Shown here: positions 18,132 to 20,372 of the stretch, piece by piece
Numbering within the stretch: the stretch's first letter is position 1
How the letters are laid out: the number at the start of each line of letters is the position of its first letter
Source: an uncultured cyanobacterium
GTDB lineage: Bacteria > Cyanobacteriota > Cyanobacteriia > PCC-6307 > Cyanobiaceae
DNA length: 20,372 bases
Assembly: GCA_963697335.1 (NCBI GenBank)
Contig: CAVONQ010000015.1
Coordinates: forward strand, 1-20,372
Direction of reading: 5' to 3'
Position numbers and translations under genes: made by a program
Notes under the pieces: model-generated
Databases searched by the model: none
Seen by the model: the letters and a program-made list of their open reading frames with translations, nothing else
What the model was told of the DNA's origin: nothing

Positions 18132-18347
18132 GGGGCGCCCCAGCTGTTGCCAGCCAGGCTGCCAGAGCCGCCTGTCGCGCAGCTGCTGCAGCGGCACCAG
18201 CAGCCGCAGACTCGGATCCAGCACCGCGGCCAGCTCCACGGCGCGGCCGGCGGCCCTGCCCCGCTGGCCCACGAGGGTGAAGTGGCGATAGCCCCGGGTG
18301 TCCTGCGGCGCGGCGGGCTGGGCGGTGTAGGCCGGGCTTAGACGCAT
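18132..18347 (-). CDS. TIGR02450-like (Trp-rich family) small domain, 72 codons, in frame with hisA with no stop
   Basis: AYTA...GYRHF...VELAAVL...R..V...L.D...WQPGWQQL resembles the TIGR02450 pattern; reads directly into hisA ATG. Confidence 0.65.
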
Positions 18348-18419
18348 GGGCTGAACAGCATCGGAGCTGGGGGTGCTTGGGGAGCCTGGAGAATGGCGCT
18401 CCAGTTGCGCAGCAGTGCC

Positions 18420-19367
18420 ATGCAGATCCTCGTCATGGGCGGAACCCGCTTCGTGGGCAAGCCCCTGGTGGAGCAGCTGCTGGCCTGCGGCCACGAGCTC
18501 ACCCTGTTCACCCGCGGCCGCAACCCGGTGCCGGTCGGCACCAGGCACCTGGTGGGGGATCGCAGTGATCCCGCCGCCCTGGAACTCCTGGCCGGCAAGC
18601 GTTTCGATGTGATCGTGGACAGCTCCGGCCGCAGCCTCGAGGATTCCCGCGCCGTGCTGGAGCGCACCGGCGCCCCCAGCCATCGCTTTGTCTATGTGAG
18701 CTCGGCGGGGGTCTACGCCGATTCCGACCTCTGGCCCCTGGATGAGGATGCCCCCACCGATCCGGCCAGCCGCCACGCCGGCAAGGCGGAGACCGAAACC
18801 TGGCTGCGCCAGCAGGGCATCCCTTTCACCAGCTTCCGGCCCACCTACATCGTGGGTCCGGGCAACTACAACCCCGTGGAGAGCTGGTTTTTCGATCGGA
18901 TCCTGCATGGCCGGCCCCTGCCCCTGCCGGGCGACGGCAGCACCATCACCCAGCTGGGCCACGTGAGGGATCTGGCGGCCGCCATGGCGCGCTGCATCGA
19001 GGTGGACACCGCCACCAACCGCATCTACAACTGCACCGGCAGCAAGGGCGTGACCTTCCGGGGGCTGGTGGACGCCGCGGCCCGGGCCTGCGGCCAGGAT
19101 CCCGCCGGCGTGGACGTGCGCAGCTTCGATCCCGCCGGCCTCGACAAGAAGGCCCGCAAGGCCTTCCCGCTGCGGCTGGCCCACTTCCTCACCGACACCA
19201 CCCGGGTGCGGCGGGAACTGGCCTGGGAGCCCGCCTTCGACCTGGAGGCCACCCTCAAGGACAGCTACAGCCGCGACTACGCCCTGCGGGCGCCCGGCAC
19301 CCCGGACTTCTCCGCCGACGAGGCCCTGCTCAGCGGCTCAGGCGCGGCGCAGGTAGCCCCAGGCTGA
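18420..19367 (+). CDS. NAD-dependent epimerase/dehydratase, CSP41b-like RNA-binding protein
   Basis: ILVMGGTRFVG, LFTRG, YVSSAGVY, RPTYIVGPGNYNPVE.WFFDRI, KARKAFP.R. Alternative start 18393. Confidence 0.9.
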   Translation: MQILVMGGTRFVGKPLVEQLLACGHELTLFTRGRNPVPVGTRHLVGDRSDPAALELLAGKRFDVIVDSSGRSLEDSRAVLERTGAPSHRFVYVSSAGVYADSDLWPLDEDAPTDPASRHAGKAETETWLRQQGIPFTSFRPTYIVGPGNYNPVESWFFDRILHGRPLPLPGDGSTITQLGHVRDLAAAMARCIEVDTATNRIYNCTGSKGVTFRGLVDAAARACGQDPAGVDVRSFDPAGLDKKARKAFPLRLAHFLTDTTRVRRELAWEPAFDLEATLKDSYSRDYALRAPGTPDFSADEALLSGSGAAQVAPG

Positions 19368-19838
19368 GCTCAGGGCCAGCAGCAGGGAGGGCCAGAACAG
19401 CCACCAGCCCAGCGGCACCAGCACCGCCTGGCCCGGCCAGGGCCAGAGCAGCAGCAGCAGGCTGCTGAACTGCAGCACGGTTTTGAGCTTGCCGGCCAGG
19501 GAGGCGGGGCCGCCGCTGCCCTGGCCGGCCCGCCAGCCGGAAATCAGCAGCTCGCGGGCCAGCAACAGCCACACGGCCACCAGGGGCAGCACCCCCCGGG
19601 CCCCGAGCCACAACAGCGGCGCGCTGATCAGGATCTTGTCGGTGAGCGGATCGAGGCGGGCACCCCACACCGAACCGCCGCCGGCGCGGCGGGCCAGCAC
19701 GCCATCGGCCCAGTCGCTCAGGCCCCCCAGCAGCAGCAGCAGCCAGGCCAGCCTGGGGAGGCCGGCTTGCAGGGCCAGCAGCAGGGGGAGCCCCAGCACG
19801 GCCCGCATCAGGGTGAGGCCATCGGCCAGGCGTCGCAT
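19338..19838 (-). CDS. pgsA: CDP-alcohol phosphatidyltransferase (PgsA-like), about 166 aa
   Basis: LTLMR, SDWADGVLARR...GARLDPLTDK, ARELLISGWR, GKLKT. Overlaps the epimerase 3' end by 30 nt; start 19838 or 19853. Confidence 0.85.
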   Translation of the reverse strand: MRRLADGLTLMRAVLGLPLLLALQAGLPRLAWLLLLLGGLSDWADGVLARRAGGGSVWGARLDPLTDKILISAPLLWLGARGVLPLVAVWLLLARELLISGWRAGQGSGGPASLAGKLKTVLQFSSLLLLLWPWPGQAVLVPLGWWLFWPSLLLALSSAWGYLRRA

Positions 19839-19905
19839 CCTGTTGCCCTTCATCCCGGCTCCCGGCCACAGGCTCAGAATGGCCGACACGCCGTTCCAGC
19901 AGTCC

Positions 19906-20370
19906 ATGGTCCAACAGTCGGTTTCCGCCGTGATGAGCAGCCCGGTTCTGAGCGTGGCGGTGGACACGCCCCTGCAGGAGGCGGTGAAGCTGATGAGCGA
20001 GCACCACATCGGCGGGCTGCCGGTGGTGGATGGGGGCGGTGCCCTGGTGGGCGAGCTCACCGAACAGGACCTGATGGTGCGCGAGAGCGGCTTCGATGCC
20101 GGCCCCTACGTGATGCTGCTCGATGCCGTGATCTACCTGCGCAATCCCCTGCAGTGGGACAAGCAGGTGCACCAGGTGCTGGGCAGCACCGTGGGAGAAG
20201 TGATGCGCCCCAGCCCCCACACCTGCCCGGCCGAGCTGCCCCTGCCGGCGGCGGCCCGCCAGCTGCACGAGAGCAGCACCCAGCGGCTGTTTGTGGTGGA
20301 TGGCGGGCACCGCCCCGTGGGCGTGCTCACCCGCGGGGATGTGGTGCGGGCCCTGGCCAGCGAGAGCTGA
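19906..20370 (+). CDS. CBS-domain pair protein, about 154 aa
   Basis: HIGGLPVVD, GELTEQDL, LLDAVIYLRNPLQW, VGEVM, GVLTRGDVVRALA. Alternative start 19879. Confidence 0.9.
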   Translation: MVQQSVSAVMSSPVLSVAVDTPLQEAVKLMSEHHIGGLPVVDGGGALVGELTEQDLMVRESGFDAGPYVMLLDAVIYLRNPLQWDKQVHQVLGSTVGEVMRPSPHTCPAELPLPAAARQLHESSTQRLFVVDGGHRPVGVLTRGDVVRALASES

Positions 20371-20372
20371 TC

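Noticed and set aside
18348..19184. Further upstream extension of the 608-aa hisA ORF
   Set aside because: Almost entirely antisense to the well-supported epimerase gene.

Overview
High-GC picocyanobacterial (Cyanobium/Synechococcus-like) chromosomal window. The right part (about 12960-20370) is housekeeping: fumC, a thioredoxin-fold photosystem I accumulation factor, ycf55/DUF3685, a FurC/PerR-type regulator, hisA (in frame with an upstream TIGR02450-like domain), a CSP41b-like epimerase, a pgsA-like gene and a CBS protein. The left part (about 760-12935) is an organic-nitrogen cluster. A candidate NtcA promoter and a clear guanidine-I riboswitch precede guanidine hydrolase gdmH, its Ni chaperones (HypA/HypB type), a glutamine-synthetase-like ligase, an ABC importer and an orphan Rieske oxygenase. 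A second unit with its own candidate NtcA box encodes a MocD-like di-iron oxygenase, a MetX-like alpha/beta hydrolase and a second GmaS-like ligase. A small ORF and a TIM-barrel gene lie between the two units on the opposite strand, and a decayed integron integrase sits at the left edge. Best candidate for an undescribed system: both GS-like enzymes carry amine-ligase rather than ammonium signatures and each shares a unit with an oxygenase, suggesting a 'gamma-glutamylate then oxidatively dealkylate' route for N-alkyl guanidine or amine nitrogen. That pathway is inference. Family assignments are from recognised motifs; no searches were run.
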